64,000 nucleotides of DNA from Octopus vulgaris (taxonomy: Eukaryota): the NCBI GenBank assembly GCA_951406725.2, contig OX597831.1, forward strand, positions 29,202,001-29,266,000, in the 5' to 3' direction. Position 1 is the first letter of the stretch. Every line of letters begins with the position of its first letter. The notes beneath the pieces are model-generated. The model was not told the DNA's origin. It did not search any database and was given only the letters and a program-made list of their open reading frames with translations. Positions 13,114 through 25,540 of the stretch are shown here, piece after piece. Position numbers and translations under genes: made by a program.

Positions 13114-13139
13114 CCCGATATAATAGTTTTATATACACA

Positions 13140-13770
13140 CACACACACACACAAGCAGACGCGCGTACTGGCTTCTAGGAACTCGAATACCAATATTCAG
13201 TATTCCAGCAGAACCGAGTATTATTGCCTCACTTAATATTAACTACTTGCAAAGTGTTTATAAAAGAGAGAGAGAGAGGAAACAAACATGGCTACATGTC
13301 ATGCTGCAAGGGCGAATGCTTCCTGTGACACTTCGGTGTCTCTAACCTCAGCTGTCGTCACTTCCGCTAAATAGCTTTACATTATTTAGTAATAATCAAA
13401 CGGTCTCAGCTGTATCACTGTCGCCATATGCAATCATAGTCGTTTGGTTAAAACATTCGTTTCACGTGATTCTAGGCACGATTCCTTCACTCCATATCAC
13501 CTTTGCAAGTGTTCTTTCCCACGGTCTTTAGTTGGTTAAGTACTGAGAGGGAATTTCTTTTTTTTTTTCGCTGGTTAAGCAACTTCCTGCAGCGGGTCGA
13601 TGCTGGGCCCCATGAAGCGTTCTGTTTGTTATAGACAATATATCGTAGGTGTAATAGAAATCACTATGGGAGCTTGGAGCTGTCTATATAAGGACTGTAC
13701 TGTATTTATATAATGGTAACACATAGACCGTATATAATGTCAAGGTACCATCTTTCCTTCTCGGCCTTAT

Positions 13771-13807
<37 letters not shown>

Positions 13808-14608
13808 AAAGATGCATATACAATATTTATTCACATAATGTTTATACTAATGTTACGTACACTCAATACGCTCACCGGATTCTTCCCTTACACACACACA
13901 CACTTATGTAAATAAATACGTTAATAACCTAATACTATATTGATAAACAGATCACATACCGGATATAGACACACACACACACACACAAGCAGACGCGCGT
14001 ACTGGCTTCTAGGAACTCGAATACCAATATTCAGTATTCCAGCAGAACCGAGTATTATTGCCTCACTTAATATTAACTACTTGCAAAGTGTTTATAAAAG
14101 AGAGAGAGAGAGGAAACAAACATGGCTACATGTCATGCTGCAAGGGCGAATGCTTCCTGTGACACTTCGGTGTCTCTAACCTCAGCTGTCGTCACTTCCG
14201 CTAAATAGCTTTACATTATTTAGTAATAATCAAACGGTCTCAGCTGTATCACTGTCGCCATATGCAATCATAGTCGTTTGGTTAAAACATTCGTTTCACG
14301 TGATTCTAGGCACGATTCCCACTGCATATCACCTTATGCAAGTGTCTCTCACCACGGTTTTGAGTTGGTATAAGTACTGAGAGGGAATATTCGTTGATGG
14401 GGAAGCAACTTCCTGCAGCGGGTCGATGGCTGGGCCCCATTCTTCTGTTTGTTATAGACAATCTATCGATAGGTTTAATAAAATCACTTGGGAGCTTGTA
14501 GCTGTCTGTGAAGGACTGTTCTGAATATATATTATTCCCTTCCTCACACAAAGACCGTATAAAGAGTCAAGGTACCATCTTTCCTTCTCGGCCTTAATCA
14601 TATATATG
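13140..14608. repeat. Tandem duplication of a ~650-bp segment (copies about 13140-13785 and 13975-14608)
   Basis: ACAAGCAGACGCGCGTACTGG...CTAGGCACGATTCC is identical in both copies. The 3' halves are divergent and indel-rich. Confidence 0.9.
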
Positions 14609-17600
14609 AGCTCCAAATAATTTTTTTCTATGGACACAAATCCTGAAATTTTGGGGCAGGGAGCCGGTCAATTTCAACGACCTCAGCGCTCACCTGGTAC
14701 TTATTTTATCGAAAGAATGAAAAGTAAAGTCGTCTTCGGCGGAATTTGAACTTGGAATGTAAAGCAGAAATTATTTCTACTATAAGTTCAAGGCCTAAAA
14801 TTTGGTGGGAAGTCTTTGACTTTATTTCATCAAATCCCAGGTAATGAAACTCAAAGTCGACCTTGGTAGGATTTGAACTAAGAGTGTAAAATACCCAAGT
14901 ACATACAGAAATAATTTTAGTGACGTGTTAGAAGGTATTCGCCAGGGAAACACTGTGGTAGACGAATCGATCTTCAATAGATTTTTTGTGCCCCATTCGA
15001 TGTTATCTTGTTTTTATAACAATTTTTAACCAACTCAATCGTTGTATATGACCCCCAGATCATATTGTGCTGACCCGTCTATGATCGTCTGTATGAACAA
15101 TAATAAAATCGAATCGATCTTCAATAGATTTTAAAACCCTAGAAAAAAAGTTAAGTGTAAAAGACAACTCAGTCTCCAAGAAAGGCATGATGGGTACCCA
15201 TGTTCGTTCCTCCTTCACTGTAAATTAAAATCATTTTATCTTAACATTTTGCAATTTTACAGAACTACTGTCTCAGGAAAACGAATAATGGAGGCCCTTT
15301 GTCGTCGCAATCTGGGAGAAATAATAACCATTTCTCTATGAAAGAAATACTATCTTGTCTTTGCTTTTCTTTTACTAGTTTTAGTTAGTGGACGGCAGCC
15401 ATGCTGGGGCACCGCCCTGAAAGGTTAAGTCGAACAATATACCTGAGTACTTATTCTATCCGCCTGTTTTTGTCGAACGGGGACAAACCAACACCGGTTG
15501 CCAAGATGACAAATACGCATACATACATATATATAATCAGTTTTCGTCCACCAAATCCACTCAAGGTTTTGATCGACCCAGGGAAATAGTAGAATACACT
15601 TATCGAAGGTGCCACGCAATGAAACTGAACGTAGAACCAAGTGGTTGATATCCGAAATTCTTATCGCTCAGCCGTGCCTTATCAGAAAAAGGTTCAGAAT
15701 TTAAGTGGGTGGGGGGTTAAATTATTAAAAAAAAATTTTTTTTTTCAACAGATCTTTCTCAGAAGGAAGCAAACAGTTCTTTCCCTCGTTTTCCTCCTCC
15801 ATAAAGTGGTTAGTCCACGAAAGGAACAAAGGGCCGGTTTCTCAGTTTCTCCCGCGTATATATTCTTCACCTGGACGGGACACCAGTCCATCTCAGAGTT
15901 GTTAATTTTTACCGACTGATTGGACGAGAGCAACGTGAAATGAAGTGTTTTGCTCAAGAACACAATGCCTCGCCCGGTCCAGGAGTCGAAACCACAATCT
16001 TACAATCATGAATCCAACACCTTAACCACTAAGCTATGCGCCTCTCCCCTCTATGAAGTATTCCGCCTATTAGAATTTATACCCGTCTCGCGAAACGAGA
16101 GTACTAGAGAAGAAAAATATCCTTTTTTTTAAAAATAAAACCGGATACACTGTTCTCAAATAAAAGGCTGGATAGTCATGGCTGGAGTACTTTTTTTTTT
16201 CAAAGATCTACTGTAAAACTTCTGTGCGGCCGAACAACATTTGTATAACTTTACAGCAAACAAATGGAAGTTTTGCTGTTTGTTTCCCTACCTCTTTTTC
16301 CTCTCCAGCTCTTATCTCAAACAAACATTTGCAATGACTAAATATTGGTTTTGAGAAGAATTCCATCGTTTCTAAATATGTATAAACAGTTGTTTAAAAT
16401 TACTTATGCACGTTCAGTCATCGCCACCTTCCACTGTATAAAGAGTCGCTTTAGAACGTATGTACATTCAAAGTATGCGTAGTCTCCCGCTTCCAGCAAA
16501 GATATTGGGTGAACCAATGAGGGTACCTCTAGGTGATCCCTCCATCTACTAGAAATAACTATCTTGTCTCCCTCAAACTTACTATCATCTTGAGAAGAGA
16601 GAGAGACACACATTCGGTACGTGGTACAAAAATAGATAACATGCAAAAGAGGTCCCGACGCATCCATGTAACGAGGTTTTTACGAGTGCACATTCGTAAG
16701 GGTTTAGGGTCAGTGTTAAGGGTTAGTTTTAGGGAATTTTACATTAATTACTCGGACACATCGAATACATACATAAAACCACCACAACCCATCTTTTTAC
16801 GATTTAATATTATTGGATTCTGTTAACTCACAAACAAAATTTAAAAAAAAGAAACCTCAACAGAAGGCGAAAGAGTGTGTAGTGTGGTGTGGTGTTCGTG
16901 CCTTTCTCATAGCAGTTTGGGTCACGGAATTTCTTTTTTTGGCAATTGTGTTTTTCGAAACGTCTTTTCTAGTCTCAAACATTTTTACTGAGTCGTAGGA
17001 CGGACTCATTGATGCGGGTACCCAGTTTCCATAGCGTATTAAAAACCGGGTTTACGACACTCATCCTGAATTGGAAACCAGTCCACCAAGAGGGAGTCTC
17101 ACAAACAGCAATCCCTAATTCTCAAACCTCTTGTGTGTTGGGGGGGGGGGGCTTCAGCAATAATAGGGCTTATGTAAACACAAAAATACTTTTCTAGAAG
17201 GCATAAGCAAATTGTAAAAATTTCAGTAACGAATCAAAACAGAATCGTTGGTTCCATTTGAAAAATTAGTTTATTTTAGCTTATTTGGTGGGGATTTCAC
17301 TAATAAAAAGATCTTATGTAGACACAAAACCCTTTTCTGAAGAACATAAGCAAAATGTATTGGTTTTTACGAATTGAAACCGAATCTCTGGTTCCAATTG
17401 AAAACATTGAGTTTGGTGAAGGTCTTACCTTTTTAAGAATTTTGAAGGTCTTACCTTTTTAAGATGTGGTGTTAATGCTCCACTCTTACCAAACCACACA
17501 TATATACGCCAATTAAACACTTAAATGTAAGAATGTGATAAATCTACAACCAGGACTTGAAACCGGTTCGCTATTTCTGCCTCGCGAGAATTTGCATGTA

Positions 17601-18182
17601 GAAAAAAAAAAAGAAAAAAAGCGAAGGCATTGCAAGAAGTTCGCTTCCCAACTACATGGTTTCTGGTTCAGTCCCACTGTGTAGTACCTTTGGGAAGCGT
17701 CTGAGTGGATTTAATACACGGAGAGGTAGCGGTCGATAAATTCGACTGAAATTCAAAACGGAGCCCCAGCATGGCCGCAGTATAATGATTGAAACAAGAC
17801 AGAAAAAATAAAACAAAACCTGACGCGGTGGACGTATTCTAAATTTTTTAGCCTAAGTTTATATGTAAGCGTGTATGCATGTTATTTCATAGTCGGTCCG
17901 GCTTACGCGAGTTGACCTACAATCAAATGAGTTCCAGGTTTTAATCAGATTTATACAATAAAAGTTAGCGTTACCCAGCGTTGTCCTTTCTTCGAGACGG
18001 TTGGTGGTTGGGATTACGATTTAGCTGCTATTTCTAAAGTCATTAGCCATGTAGTGGCTCCGATTGTCGGACACGTAATGTGCGAGTATTTAAGCACATA
18101 ACAAAATTTGCAGTAGTTGTTTTTTTTTTAATGGAATAATTATCGATAGCAGAAATAAAAATTTCTTCAAATACCAGTGATA

Positions 18183-18584
18183 GGATCTTTTCGGTTTGAA
18201 CGGCAGTTTTTTAAAAATAATTTCAACGTAACTAAACACTTTTAAACTTCGTATACTGGTAGAATGTGTTTATAAAACATCTTTTTCTCTTGGCTTTGAG
18301 AAAATTCTATAGTTTGTAAGATATTTGTTGTTGTTTTTTCTTCGGTTTCTGCAATTTCAACCAATCAATGACGTCTATTGAGGTGAAAACATTCTGTGCC
18401 GTGTGAATATGTCCCTCGTTTAAGAAACAGATTGGGTTTATTTACATTTCGGAAGAAAACGATACCCTTCCCCCCACCCCTAACCCAGATTGAAATGCAA
18501 TAGATCGATACTAGGGTCATAATTATGTGCGACAATTTCATAAGACACCGCTAGAAAAAACTGCCGTTCAAACCGAAAAGATCC
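18183..18584. mobile_element. MITE with ~30-bp TIRs, GG termini and 8-bp TSD (Merlin-like)
   Basis: TIR GGATCTTTTCGGTTTGAACGGCAGTTTTTT at both ends. TSD CAGTGATA/CAGTGATG. Confidence 0.85.
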
Positions 18585-19960
18585 CAGTGATGTAGTGTTT
18601 GTATAACGTTTGTGTTGTAGCGTATAGTAGGAGGCCGTGGTAGTCATTCGTTTCCCGAATACGCACGACTATAAATAACAGCCTGTCCTCGAAACCGCAA
18701 CCTCCACATTTTCTTCTTTTGTCGATAAAAGACGTACATAGATGGGGACAAAGATGGACGCCACAATTATATAACGATTGATATAATCGAAATCAAGATT
18801 AAAAATTCAGAATAAATAAAATCGAATGAAATCGGAAAAAAAAAAAAATCGAGATGAAAGTATAAAATACAATGAAATCGGATGGCTAGATATCTGGTTC
18901 CAATCAACCCGCCGGTTGTTTTCACATTTTGTTTTTATTTTTCCTGTTTTTCTTTTTTTTCCATCAGAACCAGCTAGATTCCTTCTGTTCACATCATTCT
19001 TACAACGTGCTGTCCATCTTTTCCTATTACTTCTTTCTTTATTACCCACTAGGGGTGACACAGAGGGGACACCACAAGACATTGGGGACATAGAACATTA
19101 TAATTAAATTTATGAAAAATGAATTATTAAATGAAAAAAATTATATGAAAGCGATGCTAACGGCCCCATCCGTTAGCATCACTTACCTGTCCTTTGGTTT
19201 TCACTTAAATGTTCATTCCCAATAATAAAACCGTTCTTCTCTATTCTTACTTCAAAACGATTCTCCATATTTTTCACGGATTCATCACTCAGACTCATCT
19301 CTTCCACCTCCCAATTCTCCCTTTCGCACCTTGTCATAAACTCATCTATTCTCTCCTTTTCAATCACTGCATACCTGGTCTCACCATGTATATTCTTCAA
19401 TTACCCTTTTAACTTCTTTCTGTTCTGTCATAGTACAAATGTTCGGCCTGGGTTCGTTTTCTGTGTGTTGCTTTTGCGTCGCAATCTTATTACTGTTGGG
19501 AAGGTTGTTTTATGGATTTATAATTTATTCATATGCAAATATTCCTCGTGACGAAACAGAAGCCATTTTGCACGTGGACAACTATATAAAGCTTATAACT
19601 GAGAGCGAAAAAAAAATTATCTACCATATGAGCGTACTTGAGTAAATGTAGGTATATATTTTTTATCTTTTCATTATTCATTAGTTCCTTTTACTTCTTT
19701 TCTTAAATTTTTTCTGTTTTATTATTTTAGTTCTCCGATTCTATGTTCTATCTTGTTTTGTCTGTATGTGTTTTATTAGTCAATTAATTTCGATGTACGT
19801 TTTTTTATAGGTAATTAAAAAAAAAGCGTAGGTGTATTTTATTTTTCTGATTTCGCTTGGTGTTTCTTTGTTGTTAAATATTTTGACTTAAATTCTTTAA
19901 AATTTCGTTTACAAAAAAAAATAATTAATATATTATTTCTTGTTTTTTATCAGAGCTAAT

Positions 19961-22900
19961 ATGGAGAATCATGAAACCCTTGCTTGTCGTTTATGTGGTG
20001 ACAACCATCTGATAGAAAAGTGTCCGAACACAACGTGTACACAACCAGCACCGTCATCACAACAACAACCAGGTGTTACAACTGATGGATCCCCTTCATC
20101 AAATTCCCTCTCTCCGTCGTCATCTACTTCATCCTCGTCGTCGTCGTCACCGTCGCAAACGCAGGAAGCGAAGTTGGAACGTTCTGAGAAGAAAAAGAGA
20201 ATCCAAGGTCGCTGTTTCAAATGTCACCGAATGGGTCACTATGCTCGCGACTGTTATTCGGACCGGTGTTACCAGTGTCACAAGAGCGGACACTTAGCCA
20301 AACACTGTTTCACGTTTGTTAGTCGGTGTTACGTATGTAACCAACTTGGCCACGTGGCTCGCCAGTGTAACCAGCAGGAAATACTGAGTGGTTGCTGTTA
20401 CAACTGTGGCCAACAGGGACATGTTCAGCGCTACTGCCCGAACTTGATATATCGTACTTGCTATCGTTGTGGCGAAACCGGGCATGTAGCTCGCAAATGT
20501 GTCTATTTGTCCGGCAGTACGAACAATGTAAACAATAATACCACTAAATTGAATGGTGCGGTTTCAAAACCTGATAGAGCGTCGGAAAATTATTCAACTC
20601 CCAGTACCACCGCAGACATCATAAACATCACAGTTGCTTCCACCACTACTACTGTAACTGACAACACCAATATAACCACCACTAGCAATGACTACACTAT
20701 CAATACCGCCACTTCAACCACTGACATCAGCGCCACTCCTGGCGATGCAGTCAATACTGACACAACCAAGGATGCCACCATTACCACTGTTAGTGCTACT
20801 ATTCCAAGCACCATCACTTCTACTACTGATGCTATTAATACTACAACTACTAGTACCACCACTAGTGCTACAGATGCTAGTGGCCTGTCTCTCGCCACAG
20901 AACATTCTGTGGTTAGAACTGACAATATTGGTGAAACCAGTGGCATTGCTGTGAGTGATGTTCAAAAGGAAGACAGCTACTCGAACAGCAGCACCAGTGA
21001 TTCGGAAATAATGTACTGTGTTAAATTTGAAAGTAGTCGAAGTTCGAGTGGGTCGGAAATGATTTGCAGAGTGGGTAGTAGTGAGGAAGATGAAGATATG
21101 GAGACTCGGAGGAGTCTTCTATTGAGAAACTTTGAAGTAGTCGAAGGAGCTATTGAAGTCGGCGAGCAGACAGCTGCGGCGAGAGTATCTTATAGCGAAG
21201 GAGACCAGTTTGACATTCATGGTAAAAATCCAGATGAGTCAAAAGAGACTAGCAATGAAGTTTGTCTTGAAGATAATCCCAGCAGAGACGAGTCACTAGA
21301 ATCTAAAGCTACTCATGGTTCAGGAGATATTAATACAAATGTCAACTTATCAGAATTTAAAAACTACTTTGAAACAGCAAGTGAAATGAGCAATCCCCAG
21401 GCCATGTCTGACCGAAGCATCCCCGAGAAGAGTTCGGTTACAAATAGCCCTGGAAAGGAAGCGAAACATAAGGTTGGCCACGATCTTGTATCGGATAAAA
21501 GCTTTATGGTGTCCAATTCTGATTATCAGGCGAACAATGAGGTCAGTCATTTAACAACGGCATTAAGTTCAAATGACGAAGCGATCAGTGGTTCGAATAC
21601 CGACAGGTCTATCACCAGCAGTGAGGTCAATTTTAGTTGTGTCGTTCTGGATGAGAACGTAACTTGTAATTCTAGAGAATTGTCAAGAGAGCTCAGTTCT
21701 AGCATAGATATCGCAACAGAACAGAACGCTCAGTTGGAGAAAAGCGAAGAATTCAATGCTTCTTGTAAAGTTTCAGAGTTAACCGAAGACGTCATTAATA
21801 CAAGTGGCTCTGACAGCGATCAATTAACGTCATCGGACGACACTGTTGTTTCAGCAGAAGACACCCCTACGGGTGTTGGAGATGCTACAACTACTACAAC
21901 AGCGGATTCTGCAGCTACTTCTACTGCAGATCACCCCGCTATAACGAAAATTGAAGACTCTAGGGTTATTACTACTACCACAGACACTGCAACTCCTGCC
22001 GCAACGGACACTGCGACTCCTGCCGCAACGGACACTGCGACTCTTGCCGCAACGGACACTGCGACTCTTGCCGCAACGGACACTGCGACTCTTGCCGCAA
22101 CGGACACTGCGACTCTTGCCGCAACGGACACTGCGACTCTTGCCGCAACGGACACTGCGACTCTTGCCGCAACGGACACTGCGACTCTTGCCGCAACGGA
22201 CACTGCGACTCTTGCCGCAACGGACACTGCGACTCTTGCCGCAACGGACACTGCGACTCTTGCCGCAACGGACACTGCGACTCTTGCCGCAACGGACACT
22301 GCGACTCTTGCCGCAACGGACACTGCGGACTCTCCTGCAGCGGACCCTGCCGCGGACACTGCGACCTCTCCCGCAACGGACACTGCGACCTCTCCCGCAG
22401 CGGACACTGCGACCTCTCCTGCAGCGGACACTGCGACCTCTCCTGCAGCGGACACTGCGACCTCTCCTGCAGCGGACACTGCGACCTCTCCTGCAGCGGA
22501 CACTGCGACCTCTCCTGCAGCGGACACTGCGACCTCTCCTGCAGCGGACACTGCGACCTCTCCTGCAGCGGACACTGCGACCTCTCCTGCAGCGGACACT
22601 GCGACCTCTCCTGCAGCGGACACTGCGACCTCTCCTGCAGCGGACACTGCGACCTCTCCTGCAGCGGACACTGCGACCTCTCCTGCAGCGGACACTGCGA
22701 CCTCTCCTGCAGCGGACACTGCGACCTCTCCTGCAGCGGACACTGCGACCTCTCCTGCAGCGGACACTGCGACCTCTCCTGCAGCGGACACTGCGACCTC
22801 TCCTGCAGCGGACACTGCGACCTCTCTTGCAGCGGACACTGCGACCTCTTCTTGCAGCGGACACTGCGACCTCTCTTGCAGCGGACACTGCGACCTCTCT

Positions 22901-23591
22901 TGCAGCGGACACTGCGACCTCTCTTGCAGCGGACACTGCGACCTCTCTTGCAGCGGACACTGCGACCTCTCCTGCATCGGATCCTGCTACTACCGGCCTT
23001 TCTGCAATGAGTACGACGGTGTCTGTTGACGCGAATGGTATCGGTCGCGATGGCTCCCTTATTACAGCTAACATAACTGCATCAACAGAGCCCTCTGCTT
23101 CTACTGTTGATTTCGTAGCTAATGTGAAAGAAAGCGTAGAAAGGCTAGAAGCTACTGCTAATCATTTTGGTACTGGTGTTAATGGCATTGATTCTGAAAT
23201 TGATGAAAGCTTCGATCAGATAATTGACCATTCGCCAAGAAATATTGCCGGTGTAATAGAAGCATTGACAGTGCCTCAGGCTCTGTCTCCGATTGTATCA
23301 CCAATTGCTCCGGCACCTGTGTCACCGGCTGCGTCACCAATCGTGCCGGCACCTGTATCCTCTGCTTGCAAGTCTTCCTTATCAAACGCCAACCTGTTTG
23401 AGGAAAGAGAGCTAGAGTCGGAACCGTCCTGTCTAAACAATGAAGAGCTGCCAGAAACAGAGGCTCTTAGGCGTTCTCAAAGCTCCAATTCCAACCAATC
23501 ATTAGACTCAGAGGAAGAAGATTTTTGTTCGAATCAGAGTAGCGAAGATCAGGAGTACCATTCAGCAGACAGCTTTTGCACGAAGCTGTAA
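19961..23591 (+). CDS. CNBP/Gis2-like multi-CCHC zinc-knuckle protein with long Ser/Thr-rich acidic region and Thr/Ala octapeptide repeats; one +1 frameshift at ~22850
   Basis: ATG at 19961 follows a polypyrimidine/CAG acceptor ending at 19953. Five CX2CX4HX4C knuckles (CFKC, CYQC, CYVC, CYNC, CYRC) plus one CX2CX3HX4C. Removing one extra T at 22849/22850 restores the repeat frame and joins ORFs 19940-23029 and 21951-23591 into 1209 aa. Confidence 0.8.
21983..22977 (+). repeat. Coding 24-bp minisatellite, about 40 units in two sub-arrays
   Basis: GACACTGCGACTCTTGCCGCAACG (DTATLAAT, about 14 units) followed by GACACTGCGACCTCTCCTGCAGCG (DTATSPAA/DTATSLAA, about 26 units). Confidence 0.95.
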
Positions 23592-25133
23592 CTTCTCTCC
23601 CTCCCCAATCCCGTCTTTCTCGCACTTTTAATTTAACTTTGACACTTTGCTGAATATTTGTAATATCAATTTAGCCATAAATCCATGTATTTCTCTTAAT
23701 CCCCATGAAATCAAATGTTTTCTTGATCACGGATTCCTCAGTATTCCCCTTAAATAAAACCAGTCATTGGAAACTAAAGAATTCGCCCTCGGAAACCTCC
23801 ACCTTGAAACCCAGTTATAATTAGTTATTGCCACCGATCCAGAATAGTTTCGTAATAACCACAACCAAGATTTTTTGTTTTCGCCTTCCTCCCACAAGAA
23901 AAACGGAAAGTAATAACCAGCGACGGTTATCACCCTATCTCCATCAAAACAAGGACTATATTTAGACACCACGACCACTTCCATCAAATGTTTGTACTAA
24001 CAGGATTTTTCTGGTATTAGATGATTGTATTCGGTCGTAGCCCACCCAAGATAACCAAGGAGTAAATACTTTTCCAGCTGTCACAAGCGGTTCATCTTAC
24101 CAATGTGCAATGTTCACACCAAACCCGGTAAATTGCATACAAATTTCTTCGTAGTTCATCAGCTGTTAACTTATATAGAAAAAAAATACATAATTTACAC
24201 TGTTGCCAATGGCTTACATAAAAACTAAATATCACCGCCACCATTTTGACTCTTCTGTGAATTTTATTGTAGAGCGGCTGATAAACTGACATTCTTTTCA
24301 CATTCATCTTACAAAGATTTATAAAATAAGTACCAGTAAAATTCTGGGATTGATTACATCAACTGATTTCCCTCATTTTGTGGGTTTGTGCTTATTTTAC
24401 TCTGGAATTTTTGTGTAAATTGTTAAATCTTGTTTTGATATTTTTTAAAACTTAAAGTAGATTTATTGGAAATAAAGGCAAATATATAAAATGACGATTG
24501 TGAAGTTGCTGTTTTTGTTTTTTTATTTTTTTTGTTCAATCCTGGAGTACCGCCTTCAGAACAAATTGGTCTCAGAACTTATTCTTTGTAGGCCTAATAC
24601 TTAGTGGTTCGGCTAAAGACCGATAGAATAAGTTACAGGGATGTAAACACATCGGTTTCCAGCTATGGTGGAACACAACGTCTTTCAGTTTCCGCCTACC
24701 AAATCCACTCGCAAGGTTTAGTCGGTCCGAGGCTATAGTAGTAAGGGCTTCGCCAAGATGTCAGGCTGTGAGACTGAAACCGGAACCATGTGGTTAGAAA
24801 GCGAGCTTCTTACCAAACAGCCATTCCCGCGCCTTAGAAACAGTTTTAGTTATGTTTGAAGTTTAAAGCTGAAATTGTTGCAGAAGATAATTGGCACCGG
24901 AGTCCTGAATTGGTTAATTGAAATTTATAGTTTGGTTTCAGGTGAACGCTGATACAACATACGACCAAAAATATTCCACCCATGCTCTCACTTCATATTT
25001 GTCCTGTTAGTTTGAAGTATATTTGACTGCTTTTTCTAGCAAACCGTGCGACTATGTAGAAGTTCATGTTTCGACAAGGATTAGATTGTTGCTATTCATA
25101 CTTGTAAGGTTTCTAATTGTTTGTAGCTAATAG

Positions 25134-25540
25134 GGATCTTTTCGGTTTGAACGGCAGTTTTTTTTTCTAGTGGTGTCATATGAAATTGTCACCCATAATT
25201 ATGACCCTAGTATCGATCTATTGCATTTCAATCTATTTTAGGATTAGGGGTGATGGAAGGGTATCCTTTTTTTTCTTCAGAAATGTAAATAAACCCAATC
25301 TGTTTCTTAAACGAGGTACATTTTCATACGGCACAATGTTTTCATATCAATAGACGTCATTGATTGGTTGAAATTTCAGAAACCGAAGAAAAAAACCTCA
25401 AATATCTTACAAACTATAGAATTTTCTCAAAGCCAAGAGAAAAAGATGTTTTATAAACACATTCTACCAATATACGACGTTTAAGTGTTTAGTTACGTGG
25501 AAATTATTTAAAAAAACTGCTGTTCAAACCGAAAAGATCC
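25134..25540. mobile_element. Second copy of the Merlin-like MITE, opposite orientation
   Basis: Same TIRs. Perfect 8-bp TSD GCTAATAG (25126-25133 and 25541-25548). Interior is the reverse complement of 18183-18584. Confidence 0.9.

Noticed and set aside
16690-16735. Telomere-like TTAGGG variants
   Set aside because: Only a few degenerate units within a probable decayed MITE, not an interstitial telomere array.
21983-22977. Resemblance of the Thr/Ala repeats to antifreeze glycoproteins, ice-binding TxT arrays or mucins
   Set aside because: No signal peptide, the N-terminus is a nucleic-acid-binding type, and the period is 8 with Asp and Pro rather than (AAT)n. The similarity is compositional only.
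21851-23074. Long minus-strand and alternative-frame ORFs (RRGRSVRC, AAGEVAVS, QRTLRPLL repeats)
   Set aside because: Shadow frames of the stop-free 24-bp minisatellite. Only the frame continuous with the zinc knuckles has independent support.
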